A stretch of 64,000 bases of DNA. Source: Octopus sinensis. Its lineage: Eukaryota. The stretch spans positions 24,924,001 through 24,988,000 of the forward strand of contig NC_042997.1 in the NCBI RefSeq assembly GCF_006345805.1, read 5' to 3'. The position numbers and the translations under genes were made by a program. This document shows positions 37,533 through 52,688 of this stretch, piece after piece. Numbering within the stretch: the first letter of the stretch is position 1; every line of letters starts with the position of its first letter. The notes under the pieces are model-generated. The model made no database searches and was not told the origin of the DNA. It saw only the letters and a list, made by a program, of their open reading frames with translations.

Positions 37533-37857
37533 GGAGCACTCCGTCGGTTACGACGACGAGGGTCCCAGCTGATACGATCAACAGAACAGGCTGCTCGTGA
37601 AATTAACGTGCAAGTGGCTGAGCACTCCACAGACACGTTTACCCTTAACGTAGTTCTCAGGGAGATTCAGCGTGACACACGGTGTGACAAGGCCGGCCCT
37701 TTGAAATACAGGTACAACTCATTTTTGCCAGCTGAGTGGACTGGAGCAACATGAAATAAAGTGTCTTGCTCAAGGACACAACGCGTCGCTTGGAATCGAA
37801 CTCACGACCTTACAATCGTGAGCCGAATGCCCTAACCACTAAGCCACGCGCCTTCAC
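37533..37857 (-). mobile_element. CORE-type SINE with family C tail
   Basis: tRNA head (TGGCTTAGTGG, GAGTTCGATTCC), CORE-like TGTGTCCTTGAGCAAGACACTT..CAGCTGGCAAAAATGAGT, then a tail shared with 28584-28956. Confidence 0.8.
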
Positions 37858-38361
37858 CTGTGTATATGTATATATGTACAAACGTCTGTGTATGTGTGTG
37901 TGTGCGTGTGTGGTGGGGGAGTCGCGAGCACACGTCTGTGCTCATACCATTCAATACATGCCTCGTATTGTTACATAAATACATTTTCTTACATTGTATT
38001 ATCTAATCTAGTCCTCTCGTGGTAAATATAGAAATTATTTAAGGTATATTTTTATTAGAGCATTATGCCGCACTTTGTCTTCCATTTCACCCTCCTCTTC
38101 CTCCGCTCCTTCTCCTCCTCCTCCTCCTCGTCGACGTTGTCGTCGCCAAGCCAAATATTTGATGCTGGAATTCTTTCTGAAGTTTAGCACTGAATAACCG
38201 TTCTTCTTTATATAAAAAAAACAATTCAGATTGCAGCAGCATCAGCAGATGCAGCAGCTGTATTGAAAGCAGCAGTAGCAGCAGCAGAGACGGCAACAAA
38301 AATAATCATAATACTATTAAGAATAACTGCAACACTAACAACAGCAGCAGCGACAACAAAA

Positions 38362-38850
38362 GGCGCAATGGCCCAGTGGTTAGGGGCAGCAAACTCGCGG
38401 TCGGAGGATCGCGGTTTCGATTCCCCAGACCGGGCGTTGTGTGTGTGTGTTTATTGAGCGAAAACGCCTAAAGTTCCACGAGGCACCGGCAGGGGTTGGT
38501 GGCGACCCCTGTTGTACTCTTTCGCCCCAAATTTCTCTCACTCTTTCTTCCTGCTTCTTGTCCCCAACTTCCTACGCAACCGCTGAGTCTGGATGCACAT
38601 TCACCCATCCGTCGATGCTCTCGATGTCGGGGGGTTGACCTGCTTACTCTTCTACGATTCGGACTTCTCCCACTGCGAGCTCTGGGACGAAGACCGCTTC
38701 GCTCGCTCAACAGCAGCAACAACAACAGCAGTAGAGGCGCAATGGCCCAGTGGACTAAACAACTAAGCTCCACGAGGCTCCGGCAGTGGTGGGGGTGAAC
38801 CCCGCTGTACTCTTTCACCACAACTTTCTCTCACTATTTCTTCCTACTTC
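38362..38850 (+). mobile_element. Two family C-headed SINE variants with a different tail, the second internally deleted
   Basis: GGCGCAATGGCCCAGTGG heads at 38362 and about 38736. Confidence 0.7.
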
Positions 38851-39234
38851 TACCACAAAGCAGAGGAACCATGGTGTAACCCACTATGGTGTGATAAAAC
38901 TTTCAGACCGTAGTCTAGATTGCGAATCCTCTGTACCCCAGGATGGTTCAGCTCTCCACCCGCTAAAAGCCACCGTTTACAGAATGAGGATAACAACGTA
39001 GCTTTCGCGCCCGTGGAACCGCCAGACTATCGTGTGTGGTGTGGTGTGGGTGGATCTTCAAGTTGCCACACGCATTCTTAGTAGCTTAGAGTAGGCTCGA
39101 ATTAGAGAATATTCTTTGTGGCTAATAGCGTGAGTCCTGACTGAAAGAAGAAGAAAAAATGAGAAAGAGAAGAAGAAGGAGAAGAAGAAGTAGAAGTAGA
39201 AGAAGACAACAACAGCAATAAAAACAACAATAAC

Positions 39235-40295
39235 AATAATTCTTTCTACTCAAGTGACAAGACCTGATATTTTGGAGGAGGGTGGAGTAGTCAATTACAT
39301 CGGCCCTAATGTTTCACTGGTACTTAATTTATCGACCCCAAATGATGAAAAGCAAAGTCGACCTCGGAAGAATTTGAACTCAACATGAGGGTGGACGAAA
39401 TACCAATAGTAACATTAGCACACTGGACAAAATGCTTAGCGGCATTTCATCTGTCTTTATGTTTTCAGTTCAAATTCCACCGAAGTCGACTTTACTTTTT
39501 ATCCTTCCAGAGTCGATAAAATAAGTACCAGTTGAGTAATGGTGTCGATGTAATCGATCTACCCTCTACTCCGAAATAGCTGGTTTTGTGCCAAAATTGA
39601 AAACATTATTATAATTATCCTTTCTAGTATTGGCACAAGACGTGTCGATTAGATCGACCCCAGCACTAATCTAGTTCTTGTTTTATCAACCACGAAAGTA
39701 TGAAAAGTGAAGTCTTCCTCGGCGGAATTTGAACTGGGAACGTGAAAATGGACAGCATGTCGGTAGATAGTTTACCCGGCGTGTTAACGATTCTTATTTC
39801 TTTATTGCCCACAAGGGGCTAAACATAGAGGGGACAAGCAAGGACCGACAAAAGTATTAAGTCAATTACATCGACCCCACTGCTTAACTGGTACTTAGTT
39901 TATCGACCCCGAAAGGATGAAAAGCAAAGTCGACCTCAGCGGAATTTGAACTCAGACATAAAGACATGAAATACTGCTAAGTATTTTGCCCGGCGTTGCT
40001 AACGATTCTTATTTCCTTATTTCCCACAAGGGGCAAAGTCGACCTCGGCGGAATTTGAACTCAGAACGTAGCGGCAGACAAAATACCTATTTCTTTACTA
40101 CCCACAAAGGGCTAAACGCAGAGAGAACAAACAAGGACAGACAAACGTATTAAGTCGATTTTATCGACCCCAGTGCGTAACTGGTACTTATTTAATCGAC
40201 CACGAAAATATTAAAGGCAAAGTCGATCTCGATCTCGACGAAATACGGCTACGCATTTCGCCCGGCGTGATTAACGTTTCTGCCAGCTCGCTGCC
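39235..40295. mobile_element. Meta-domain SINE cluster, mostly minus strand with one plus-strand unit (about 39405-39610)
   Basis: At least six recognisable GTCGACCTCGGCGGAATTTGAACTC / TTTATCGACCCC units. Confidence 0.8.
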
Positions 40296-40305
40296 TGCGC
40301 ATAGA

Positions 40306-40830
<525 letters not shown>

Positions 40831-41149
40831 ATAAAGTTGATGATGACGTGATGATGATGATGAAGATGATGTTTACCATTGTGTCATTGTCATCGTCGCC
40901 ATTAATTATATCATCGCATCAACATTTCTGTTCTATTTCTACGTATTTCATTTTTATTTTTACGTTGTCACTGATTTACATTTATGCATTTGTTATTTCA
41001 TTTGTTGTTGTTGTTGTTATTGTGATTTTTCGTTGTGGTAATGGCGTCACAATTGTAACTGACGCTGATGTTACTTAAAAAATTGTTTCTTTCCTGTCGC
41101 CATTTCAAACATTCAGGCCTGCTGTGTGCAAGTGCAATGCTTATGCATA

Positions 41150-41309
<160 letters not shown>

Positions 41310-41312
41310 CAT

Positions 41313-41423
<111 letters not shown>

Positions 41424-41430
41424 CTCTCTG

Positions 41431-41465
<35 letters not shown>

Positions 41466-41774
41466 GACTGTCTATCTATCTGACTGTCTACCTATACGTG
41501 TATGAAACTATATTAATTTCAATATATATCAGTATCATTATATACACACACACACACACACATATATATATATGTGTGTGTGTGTGTGTGCATGTATGTG
41601 TGTGTGCATATTGATATAGCCGTATATATTTGTGTGTGTATAAAAATAGTTATGCAAATATGCATATATATCCGTCTTTATAGGAGTATACAAACACACA
41701 TATATAAACATATATATCTATATATAAACAGATATACTTGGAAATGCATACTTGCAAACATACCTGCAAACATG

Positions 41775-41892
41775 CATGCATATACATACATACATACATA
41801 CATACATACATACATACATACATACATGCATACATACATGCATACATGCATACATGCATACATACATACATACATACATACATACATACATG

Positions 41893-41923
<31 letters not shown>

Positions 41924-42270
41924 GCATACATACATACATACATACATACATGCATACATACATGCATACATGCATACATGCATACATACATACATACATA
42001 CATACATACATACATGCTGCATACATACATACATACATACATACATACATACATACATACATACATACATGCATGCATGCATACATACATACATATACAT
42101 ACATACATACACATACATACATACATACATGCATACATGCATACATACATACATACATAATACATACATACACATACATGCATGCATACATGCATACATA
42201 CATACATACATACATACATACATACATACATACATACATACATACATACATACATACATACATACACACA
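41775..42270. repeat. (CATA/CATG)n microsatellite (also 56440-56660)
   Basis: Direct reading; source of the 184-285 aa HTYI/CMYV ORFs. Confidence 0.95.
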
Positions 42271-43725
42271 TGCATACACATTTCATTACACATATGTGTC
42301 TTCTGAGAGTCAATGAATTTTTGACAGATCATAACGAGGACCTTGAATATCTTCATATTTTTAAATATTCTGATGTTGGACGACTTCTTTCTTATATTGG
42401 TCCTTTTGAACGAATCAAACATTCAATGTGACATCTTTAAACTCCTTTCTAAGTTTTTTCCATAATCTATATTCACACATATACAACCACACACGTATGT
42501 ACATAAATCAATATGTATGTGGTAACTGTGTGTGTATATCTACACCCCTCCACACACACACACCGTCTATCTAAGTATCTTTGGCGAAATAATGTATCTG
42601 GTGGACACGTCTGAAAGGATTAGAGACAAACACTTTCCTCTCTGGTCAATCTCTCATCAACGTTTTAAAGTATCACTTGAAAAGGAAGGAGACAGTAAAG
42701 ATGCAAGCTTTGTCTAGCGAATGTTTCAAAAAAGGATGGGTGAATGTAGCAAGGATGGCACGTGCGAATGACGAAGCCACCTTTAGCATAATCCTATGAA
42801 CCGGAAAAAAAAAATTAGAACAGAGAGTTATTTATTTGTAAATAAATGTGTTAATATGTGACATTATTGCCCAGGGTTACCGTGGTCTTTTCGTAGGTTT
42901 TTCTTTCCACAGATAAACCTCCCCATCTTTTGGGAACTTTTTGTATTATTTCGACTTTTTTGTATATATCCCAAACGATTTCGATCCCTTTTGATCGTTG
43001 TCCCTAATTTTGTTATTTTATTTCATTTTATTTCCGACCCCCCACCACTTCGAAAAGAAAAGCTCTACATTGTATGTGTTCCCTCTATGTTCAGCCCTGT
43101 GTGGCCAATAAAGAAAGTTATCCATTTCTCTCCTCTTCGTATGTGTGTGTATGTGTGTGTGTTTGCGCGCGGGCGTAATAGCTGAAAAGTTTTGATTCCC
43201 AGCACTGAACATTGGATATACCTTCCATACATATCTTTTATCAATTTACTGTTTCATTCATTGGTCTACGGCCATCTTGAGACAATGCTTTGAAGTGTTT
43301 TAGCTGAATGAATTAATCCCTGTACATTTTAAAAGCCCGGCACTTATATTTCTCTGTCTCTTTTCCTAACCAACACCGTCTTTAAAGGGGTGGTGGGAGC
43401 AAAAACAAACACATAGATGCACACACTCATACCCACACATATAGACGATGGGATTCTTTCAGCTCTCTCGCCTTGGCACACTAGTACATTACACTTGCCC
43501 CAGGTGTCATGCGGTGGGACTGAACCTGGAACCATGTTGTTAAGAAGAACACTTCTTGGCATAATGATCATTTAGTTGTTCAATCAACTGAAGTAAATGG
43601 CCATTGAATTGAAATGCACATGGCTGAGTATTCCACGGACATGAGAAGCCTTCATGTAGTTCTCTACTAGAACCAGCGTGACATAGTTCGGCCTCCTTGG
43701 AACTATGATTTTTCCAATGCAATCC

Positions 43726-43947
43726 ATCGAACAGGTTTCCGTACAGTTTCCTGCTACCTAGTCTCACTTACTTGGTTTGGCTCGACTCGCAGCCTTCCTA
43801 TCGAACAGGCTTCCGTACAGTTTCCTGCTACCTAGTCTCACTTACATGGTTTGGCTCGACTCGCAGCCTTCCTATCGAACAGGCTTCCGTACAGTTTCCT
43901 GCTACCTAGTCTCACTTACATTGTTTGGCTCAACTCACAGCCTTCCC
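43726..43947. repeat. 74-bp tandem repeat x3 inside an old chimeric SINE
   Basis: Units start at 43726, 43800 and 43874. Confidence 0.9.
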
Positions 43948-45000
43948 ATCGATCCTTGTTCAAGGTGCCATGCAATTGGATCGTATCCGGAATATCGTTC
44001 GTCCGAAAAGAACTGTTTTTCATACACTTGTCGATGTTACGTCTATTTATTCATTTTTATGTATTTATAAAGTATAGAATAAATTGTATTGATATTCATA
44101 ATAAAATTTATAGCCACACTCATAAGGGAATTCATATATATTTGAAGATGTTTATCTGTAAGCTTATGTTCACGTATATAGAGGAAGAGTGAGAGCGAGA
44201 TGAAGTGAGGGAAAGAGGTGGATTCTAAATGGATATGAGGAGAGATGGACCAGAGAAAGAATTACTAAAACTAGAGTAAAGACGTCACTCCATGAAATCA
44301 ATTTTTATATTGCCCGTCTTTCGTATCACTTTCAGATGGTTAATTCATTCGAGTTTATGCGTTCAGTACATGCTACTCGACAGTAAATCCATTGCATCAT
44401 GATATCTATATCAACATATCAATATAGTCTCGACGATACATATTTATATTATTGTGTTGTGTTATATTATTGTATTATATGGTATTGTTGCATTATATCG
44501 TTGTTGTACGTCGTATTATGGGAAAGCTATTGGTCATTCCGTTTCCACCATGTCTGATGCAACTAATCTCTAATCTGTAATGGAACAGAACAATTAAAGT
44601 CAATATTTTATATTAAAGTCAATATTTTTACCGATATATAAAAAAATATATTTATATATTTGCTGTTTCTTTGTGAACACTTTTGGCGTGTGTGTATACT
44701 GTGTTGTGTGTGTGTGTATATATATATAATTAGTTATATGCATTTTAACAATATATCATTACGCAAATAAAATATTTATTGCTCTAAAATTGTTTCAATA
44801 TTACTAAGACTCTGTTCAATTGTCCGGCCATATCTAATTCAAATACTCGGGGCAGTTGTCGGTATGAACAATAAGGAAAATACTTGCGCATCTGGAAAAT
44901 CTGAGCAGCAGTAGTGAATAAAGGTAAGAGTGATTGGATTAATATGAGTTGAAAGAAACCTTGAGATGGGTGAAAACTACCATGAAGAGATGTCTTCTTA

Positions 45001-45245
45001 GACCCCCTTCGGTCATGAATGACCATGGGATTGCACCTAGAAAGTTACTCTCCTAGACACAAGTCCGGGAATGGTTGTTTATGGAAGACCAGCAGTCGCC
45101 CATGCATACCAGCCTCCCCTCTCCACGCCACCAGTGTTATCTAAGGGAAAGACAAAGGTCGATACAGCTTGGCACCTGTGACGTCGCATCTCATTTCTAC
45201 AGCTGAGTGAACTGGAGCAACGTGAAATAAAGTGCCTTGCTCAAA
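45001..45245 (-). mobile_element. CORE-type SINE with a third kind of tail, head missing
   Basis: Shares CAGCTGAGTGAACTGGAGCAACGTGAAATAAAGTGCCTTGCTCAA with 37533-37857 but has a different 3' region. Confidence 0.65.
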
Positions 45246-45370
45246 CTCTGAGAAAGGGATAGCGTGTGAGACGTGACGTACTGTAATACACATTTGAGCA
45301 ATGCAAAATATGCAAGGTGACGTTGATGGGTGCAAACAAATAAGAAAGATATATTAATTTTTTTTACGTA

Positions 45371-46109
45371 GATAGTTTAATAATCCCGTAGTATTTCAAA
45401 CGGAAGAAAAATAACAAAAATTCTCAGAGAAATGTAGTGTTACCAGAAAGAAGCCCGTCGTATATATGTATATATATATATGTGTGCGTGTATATTTGTG
45501 TGTCTGTGTTTGTCCCCCTAGAATTGCTTGACAACCGATGCTGGTGTGTTTACGTCCCCTTTACTTAGCGGTTCGGCAAAGGAGACCGATGGAATAAGTA
45601 CTGGGCTTACAAAGAATAAGTGCCGAGTTGCTCGATTAAAGGCGGTGCTCCAGCATGGCCGCAGTCAAATGACTGAAACAAGTAAAAGAGAAAGAGTAAA
45701 GAGATAGTTTAATAATCCCGTAGTATTTCAAACGGAAGGAAAATAACAAAAATTCTCAGAGAAATGTAGTGTTACCAGAAAGAAGCCCGTCGTATATATG
45801 TATTATATATATGTGTGCGTGTATATTTGTGTGTCTGTGTTTGTCCCCCTAGAATTGCTTGACAACCGATGCTGGTGTGTTTACGTCCCCTTTACTTAGC
45901 GGTTCGGCAAAGGAGACCGATGGAATAAGTACTGGGCTTACAAAGAATAAGTGCCGAGTTGCTCGATTAAAGGCGGTGCTCCAGCATGGCCGCAGTCAAA
46001 TGACTGAAACAAGTAAAAGAGAAAGAGTAAAGAGATAGTTTAATAATCCCGTAGTATTTCAAACGGAAGGAAAATAACAAAAATTCTCAGAGAAATGTAG
46101 TGTTATCAG
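45371..46109 (+). repeat. Tandem duplication: 76-bp spacer x3 alternating with truncated SINE A x2 (period 331-332 bp)
   Basis: Spacers start at 45371, 45703 and 46034. Confidence 0.9.
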
Positions 46110-46358
46110 GAGATCATTCTTGTAAGTAAAAATGTATTTCCTCAAAGTCTTTATTTATATACTGCCTTTAGTTTGAAAAGGAGATATTTTTTCCGAAATA
46201 TTTAACTATCTCTGAATTAACGCGTGGAATGGAATACAATATCTTTTCTCATTACTATCATTAATTGACGCGTCGTTACTTATATTGGTTACATCCTCAA
46301 CTGTATTGCTTAAAGATATTTACTAACACTTTGTAAGTTATAAACGTACATACATATA

Positions 46359-46767
46359 GCCGCAGGAGTGGCTGTGTGGTAAGTAGCTTGCTAACCAACC
46401 ACATGGTTCCGGGTTCAGTCCCACTGCGTGGTATCTTGGTCAAGTGTCTTCTGCTATAGCCCCGGGCCGACCAATGCCTTGTGAGTGGATTTGGTAGACG
46501 GAAACTGAAAGAAGCCTGTCGTATATATGTATATATATGTGTATGTGTGTGTGTGTGTATGTGTTTGTGTGTCGGTGTTTGTCCCCCTAGCATTGCTTGA
46601 CAACCGATGCTGGTGTGTTTACGTCCCCGTCACTTAGCGGTTCGGCAAAAGAGACCGATAGAATAAGTACTGGGCTTACAAAGAATAAGTCCCGGGGTCG
46701 ATTTGCTCGACTAAAGGCGGTGCTCCAGCATGGCCGCAGTCAAATAACTGAAACAAGTAAAAGAGTA
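46359..46767 (+). mobile_element. SINE family A, full length
   Basis: Consensus match. Confidence 0.9.
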
Positions 46768-47533
46768 ACATATAGACATACCCATATACATACCTCCTAT
46801 TTATAACAGCATGTACGTATGTATGTATGTATGTATGTATGTATGTATGTATGTATGTATGTATGTATGTATGTATGTATGTATGTATGTATGCAAGTAT
46901 GTATGTGTATTTTTGAACTTGAGATCATACTAATTTGATGAGCCTACTCTGTCACACTGGCTCGCCATGGTTTGGCAGGGGAGAGCAGCAATAGTAGTTA
47001 AGTTGATTACATCGACCTCAGATCTCAACTGGTGCTTATATTACCGACCCCGAAATGTTCGAAATCAGTACACAAAGACCGTCAAATACCTCTAAGTATT
47101 TCACCCAGCGTGCTAACGATTCTGCCCGTTCACCTTACACTAGTATACTCTCAAGTTCAAATTCACAGCTTCCATACCGAACCGTGTTTGGTGGATAGAA
47201 CATACTATAGAGCCTTCGTCCTGCAGTGAACTGAATACAGGCAATCCAATCCAATCCAATCCAGTATATAGGTATGCTTACATACATATAAATATACACC
47301 ACTCACACGATCAAACACAGGCACCGATGCTTTTGAAAGTAGTTTTTTTTTTAATATCTGAGTGCTCGATATGCATTTGTATAAGAAGTATATATACCTA
47401 GACCGTTGAAATTGTTGGAAATACTTCTGTGTACCTTTCTTCGACTTTCCCTTATGTCATATAAGCGCATGTTTTTCAGTCAAAGTGATTTTTTACCTTG
47501 TTCTTCGTTGTGCTTACTGTTTAGAAGTTGAGT

Positions 47534-47714
47534 ATTATTATTATCATTATTATTATTATTATTTATTATTTTATTATGATTATTATATTATTATTATTAT
47601 TATTATTATTTATTATTATAATATTATTATTATTATTATTATTATTATCATTATATTATTATTATTATTATATTATTATTATTATTATTATTATTATCAT
47701 TATTATTATTATTA

Positions 47715-47751
<37 letters not shown>

Positions 47752-47831
47752 ATTATTATTGTTGTTGTTGTTATTTATTATATATCTATTATTTATTATT
47801 ATTATTATTATTATTATAATTATTGTTGTTG

Positions 47832-47863
<32 letters not shown>

Positions 47864-47880
47864 GTTACTAATTTTGTTGT
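47534..47880. repeat. (TAT)n microsatellite; (GTA/GTG)n follows at 48180-48435
   Basis: Direct reading. Confidence 0.95.
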
Positions 47881-48180
47881 TGTTAATCTGTATCTGTGTG
47901 TGTGTGTGTATGTGCGCGTGTGTGCGGGCGTATGTGTGGATGCCTGTATGTGTGTGTGCGTATGCGTGCGTTTGTATTTTCGGTTTGCTTTTTTTTCTTT
48001 CTTTTTTTTTCTTTAATCTTTTCTCTTCCCGGCTTTCTTTTTTCTATCAGTCAAGGAGTTCGCCACCCAAGCTGCAACAACTACAAAAAGACAGAAAATA
48101 AGAAAACAAAACAAAAAAGAAAAAAAGGGCGAAGGAGAAAGAGAAGGAGGAGGAGAAGAAGAATAGGCGAAAAAGAGGAG

Positions 48181-48236
<56 letters not shown>

Positions 48237-48249
48237 GGTGGTGGTGGTG

Positions 48250-48281
<32 letters not shown>

Positions 48282-48339
48282 GGTGTGGTGGTGGTGGTGG
48301 TGGTGGTGTGGTGGTGGTGGTGGTGGTAGTAGTAGTAGT

Positions 48340-48373
<34 letters not shown>

Positions 48374-49763
48374 GTGGTGGTGGTTGGTGGTGTGGTGGTA
48401 GTAGTAAGTAAGTATAGTAGTATAGTATAGTAGTATTAGTAACAGGAAGAAAAAAGAGAGGTCGGTAGAGAATGAGATAGGGTGATGAGATAGGGTGATG
48501 AGGATTATATAAAAAAGAGAGGAATATGAGGCAGAAGGGGATCAATGAAGCGAAGGTAAATATAAAGAAAGCAAAATATAATAGTGTGTTAGCTGAAATA
48601 TAGTTAACATTAGAAAACAATAGAAAGAAAAATAATTTAATAGTGTGTTTCATGTACTGTTGAACGTGTGTGTAAAAATCAGCGTAATTATCTGTGTATG
48701 TGTGCACGTGTATGTATGTTTGTTTATGCGTCTGTGTGTGTATGTGCATGTGTGCGTGTGTGTGTGTGTGTTTGTGTATGTGTGTGTATGTGTAACTATG
48801 CGCGTGTTTAATGTTTACACGACATCTAAAATTTAGATAGCGAAGACAAGTAAGAGTAGTAGAAGCGAATTTAGAAAGGGCAAAGTGATAGTAAAAATTA
48901 AGAAATTCTTGTAGAGAGAGAGAGAGAGAGAGGGTTGGGATAGGGAAGGAAGAAGACTGGTATAGGGGAGAGAAGAGAGTGTTTAGGTAATATCCGAATA
49001 TAGAAAGAAAAGAGAGAGAAAGTGAGATAGAAAGGGGTTATAGAAAGGATGAACGTTTTTAAGGAAGGTACAGATACTATGAATAAAATAAATGAAAAGA
49101 AGAATCAGAGATGAAAGAGTTGCGACAGAGACTGAAAGAAAGTGTATATATATATATCTGTGTGTGGTGTGTGTGTGTGTGTGTGAAAGTGAGAGAGAGA
49201 AAGAGAGAGAGAGAGAGAGTAAAAATAAAAAAATGTTCAACATGAGAAAGTAAAAATAGAAAGACAAAAAAGTAACTAAAGAAAGCTACAGTGATGGACA
49301 AGAATAGACCCCGACATATTCTAGGAAGAAGAATAAGAAGTAATGGGAAGATAAACTAGAAAAAAAGGAGCAGCAGGTGGAGTAAAGCAAACTGAATTCC
49401 AAGCAGACAGCCAACAAGATTGAATTTCTTGTCAGAAATTATAAACTGTTTGAAGCCGGTGTCTTCTCTTCATATCGTACAACAGATTTCATTCTAGTTT
49501 CTTTCATCGTATAGACTTCTTCTGTTTTAGTTTTTGTTTCTTCAGCTTGTTTTGTCTCGGTTTTCATTTATTATTTTTATTTTTAAATATATTTTACTTC
49601 AAGAAGAGAATCTAGTTTTTAACCCTTTTTAGTCACACTGAAATGTAATGAGAATTGGGAGAGAAATGAATGTAATTAGAATGTTTTCAGAAATGAATGT
49701 TATAAAAACTACGACCTGGAAACTTATTTTAAAAAAATGAGTCGGAAATTGTTGTTCTTGGAG

Positions 49764-50140
49764 TGGAAGCACTCCGTCGGTTACGACGACGTGGGTTCCG
49801 GTTGATTAACGTGTAATTCCGTGAATTAACGTGTAAGTGGCTGAGCACTCCACAGACACGTGCACCCTTAACGTAGTTCTCGGGGATATTCAGCGTGACA
49901 CAGAGAGTGACAAGGCCGGCCCTTTGAAATACAAGGTACAACAGAAACAGGAAGTAAGAGTGAGAGAAAGTTGTGGTGAAAGAGTACATCAGGATCACCA
50001 CCATCCCCTGCCCTCCGGAGCCTCGTGGCTTTTAGGTGTTTTCGCTCAATAAACACTCACAACGCCCGGTCTGGAAATGAAACCGCGATCCTATGACCGC
50101 GAGTCCGCTGCCCTAACCACTGGGCCATTGCGCCTCCACA
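49764..50140 (-). mobile_element. SINE family C, full length
   Basis: Reverse complement of 28584-28956. Confidence 0.9.
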
Positions 50141-52047
50141 TTTGTGTATGTATGTGTGTGTGTCTCTGCATGTGTCTTTGTGTCTGTGTTCGTCCCCCAC
50201 CACCACTTGTCAACCGGTGTTAGTGTGTTTATGTCTCCGTAACATAGTGGTTATTTAAAAGAGACCGATAGAATAAATACGAGGCTTTGCAAAAGCAATT
50301 AATTACTGGAGTCGATTGATTCACATAAAAGTATTCAAGACGGAACCCCAGCATGGCCGCACTCAAAGAGTGAAACGAATGGAAGAATAAAAGAGTTGTT
50401 TGAGTATAGTTATTCTGATCCTTTGGATTGATATGAAAATACTACACACTTTTGAGCTTAAGAGCAATGTTTCACACCGTTTTATCACAACGCACATATT
50501 TTTCATTCCACATTCTACCTACCTATCTACCTATATTTATACGTGTGTGCGCGCGCAATTATGTTACATTGAAGTTACCAAAAATTGTTTTTACGTAACA
50601 TAATTTAGAAAAATGCAAACACACACACTGGCATATATGCATGTACATACAACCATCCAATAGCTATTTAAACAATAACGCATCCACACTCGCACATATT
50701 CACCAAAGTCCATACACCCACATCCAGTCAAACAACCGGAAAACTAATTAAATATAGAAAATATAGAAAAATGCATTATCATGACATGTATTAATTCTAA
50801 TATTATAGATGCCTTCGAAATGCGGAGTAGATGAAACAGGGACACCTGAAGAAGGGAAATATTCTTTATGTTACATGTCTCGTTTCTCTGTTTATTTTTT
50901 TCGTTGTTCCTCCCCAAAATTCGTTCCTATGTTTTTGTTTTTCTGTTTTCGTTTCTCATTGTGTTCATCATTATTTTTCGATGTCCTTTAGTCGTATATG
51001 CGTGTATATATACATATATATATGTAGGTATGTATATATGCATATATTTATATATTATTTATATTATATATATATATACATACATATACACTCGCGCACA
51101 CGAACGCACACATATCTGTGTGATAATTGTGAGTTGCATGTGTGTGCATACATACATACATACATACATACATACATTTATGAGAAAAGAAGTTTGTGTG
51201 AGTGTATCTGTACACGAAAATTAGCAAAACAAAAAATCGAAACCACAGTCATCCCTCTTGTAAAGGCTTAATAAAGATTTACTTTACTAATAACTATGAG
51301 TACGTCTTCTATAACTTTTAATGAAAACTAATATTTATAAATATGTATGTATGTGTATATATGTTAGTATATACATACAAATATTCATACATACATAAAT
51401 GCATGCATACATAGACGCATGCGTATATACATACATACATACATATATGATTTCATATCATATCCGATTTGCTAATCAATAGTGTAAACGGTTACATATT
51501 TCCTTCCAGCCGGTCAGTTATTAGTGCACCACGTTTCTGACATCCTGACTTACAAAAGAGTATATGAAACGCGATGCAGAAAAAAAAAATTGACGCAAAG
51601 TGTTCCATTCTAAGATTGCAAACAATTTCATTTCCATGCGGATATTTAGAAACTACGCCGAAAAACTCATACACATACACACATAATAAAAGAGAAAGTG
51701 AAAGAAAGAGAGGCAGAGAGAGAGAGAAAGAGGAAGAAAGAGAGTGGGGAGAGAGAAAAAGGAGAGCGAGAGAGAGAGAGAGAGAAACGTGAAATGTCTG
51801 AAAACGTTAAGGACTGGAGTGATATGCACCCAAACACATATAAACTCTTATGTAGAAGCACTCGTAGTTATTGAAAACTGAGTAGTATCAGTTGGATAAA
51901 TAGTGCATGAGGATTAGATAACCAATGCCAAAGTAAATAACGGCTGTACTGTTTTTAATCGGCTTGAATGGATAATTTAAGTGTTGACTAAACAATTACG
52001 TTTGCGAATATATGCTAAGTACATATATATATACATATATATAATAT

Positions 52048-52118
<71 letters not shown>

Positions 52119-52135
52119 ATAAATATATATATTAT

Positions 52136-52205
<70 letters not shown>

Positions 52206-52688
52206 ATATATATAATATATATTATATATACTATATATTAGAAGAAATGAGGTAATCAGAAGATCGGATGGTTCATATTTGTAGATATTTATTTATATAT
52301 TACATTTTTTACATATATATATCATATCATTCAGATTATTAGCGCTTTCTCCCATTCTAGTGGGGTTTTCAAATCAAATTAATTCCTTTGTGGGGAATTT
52401 GATCATTTTATAGAGTTTCATAGTAGTGGGGAGGAACAAGACAGTATAAGAGGGTGAGGTGGATGAGGAGGAAGTGAGAGAGAGAACATGTGTGTATGTG
52501 TATGTGTGTGTGTGTGTGTATGTATATATATATATATATATATGTTATACATTATATATATATATATGTATGTATATTTATATATATATATACTTATATA
52601 TATATATATATATTATATATATATACATCCACAAAACATGCATACAACTATATGCGTGTGTTTGTGCGTTTGTGCGCATATACTCTTA

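Noticed and set aside
50810-50900. CTGAAGA motif with an upstream GAAA (also CTGAAGA on the minus strand near 59945)
   Set aside because: Could not build stems I-III with correct topology; probably decayed PLE ends.
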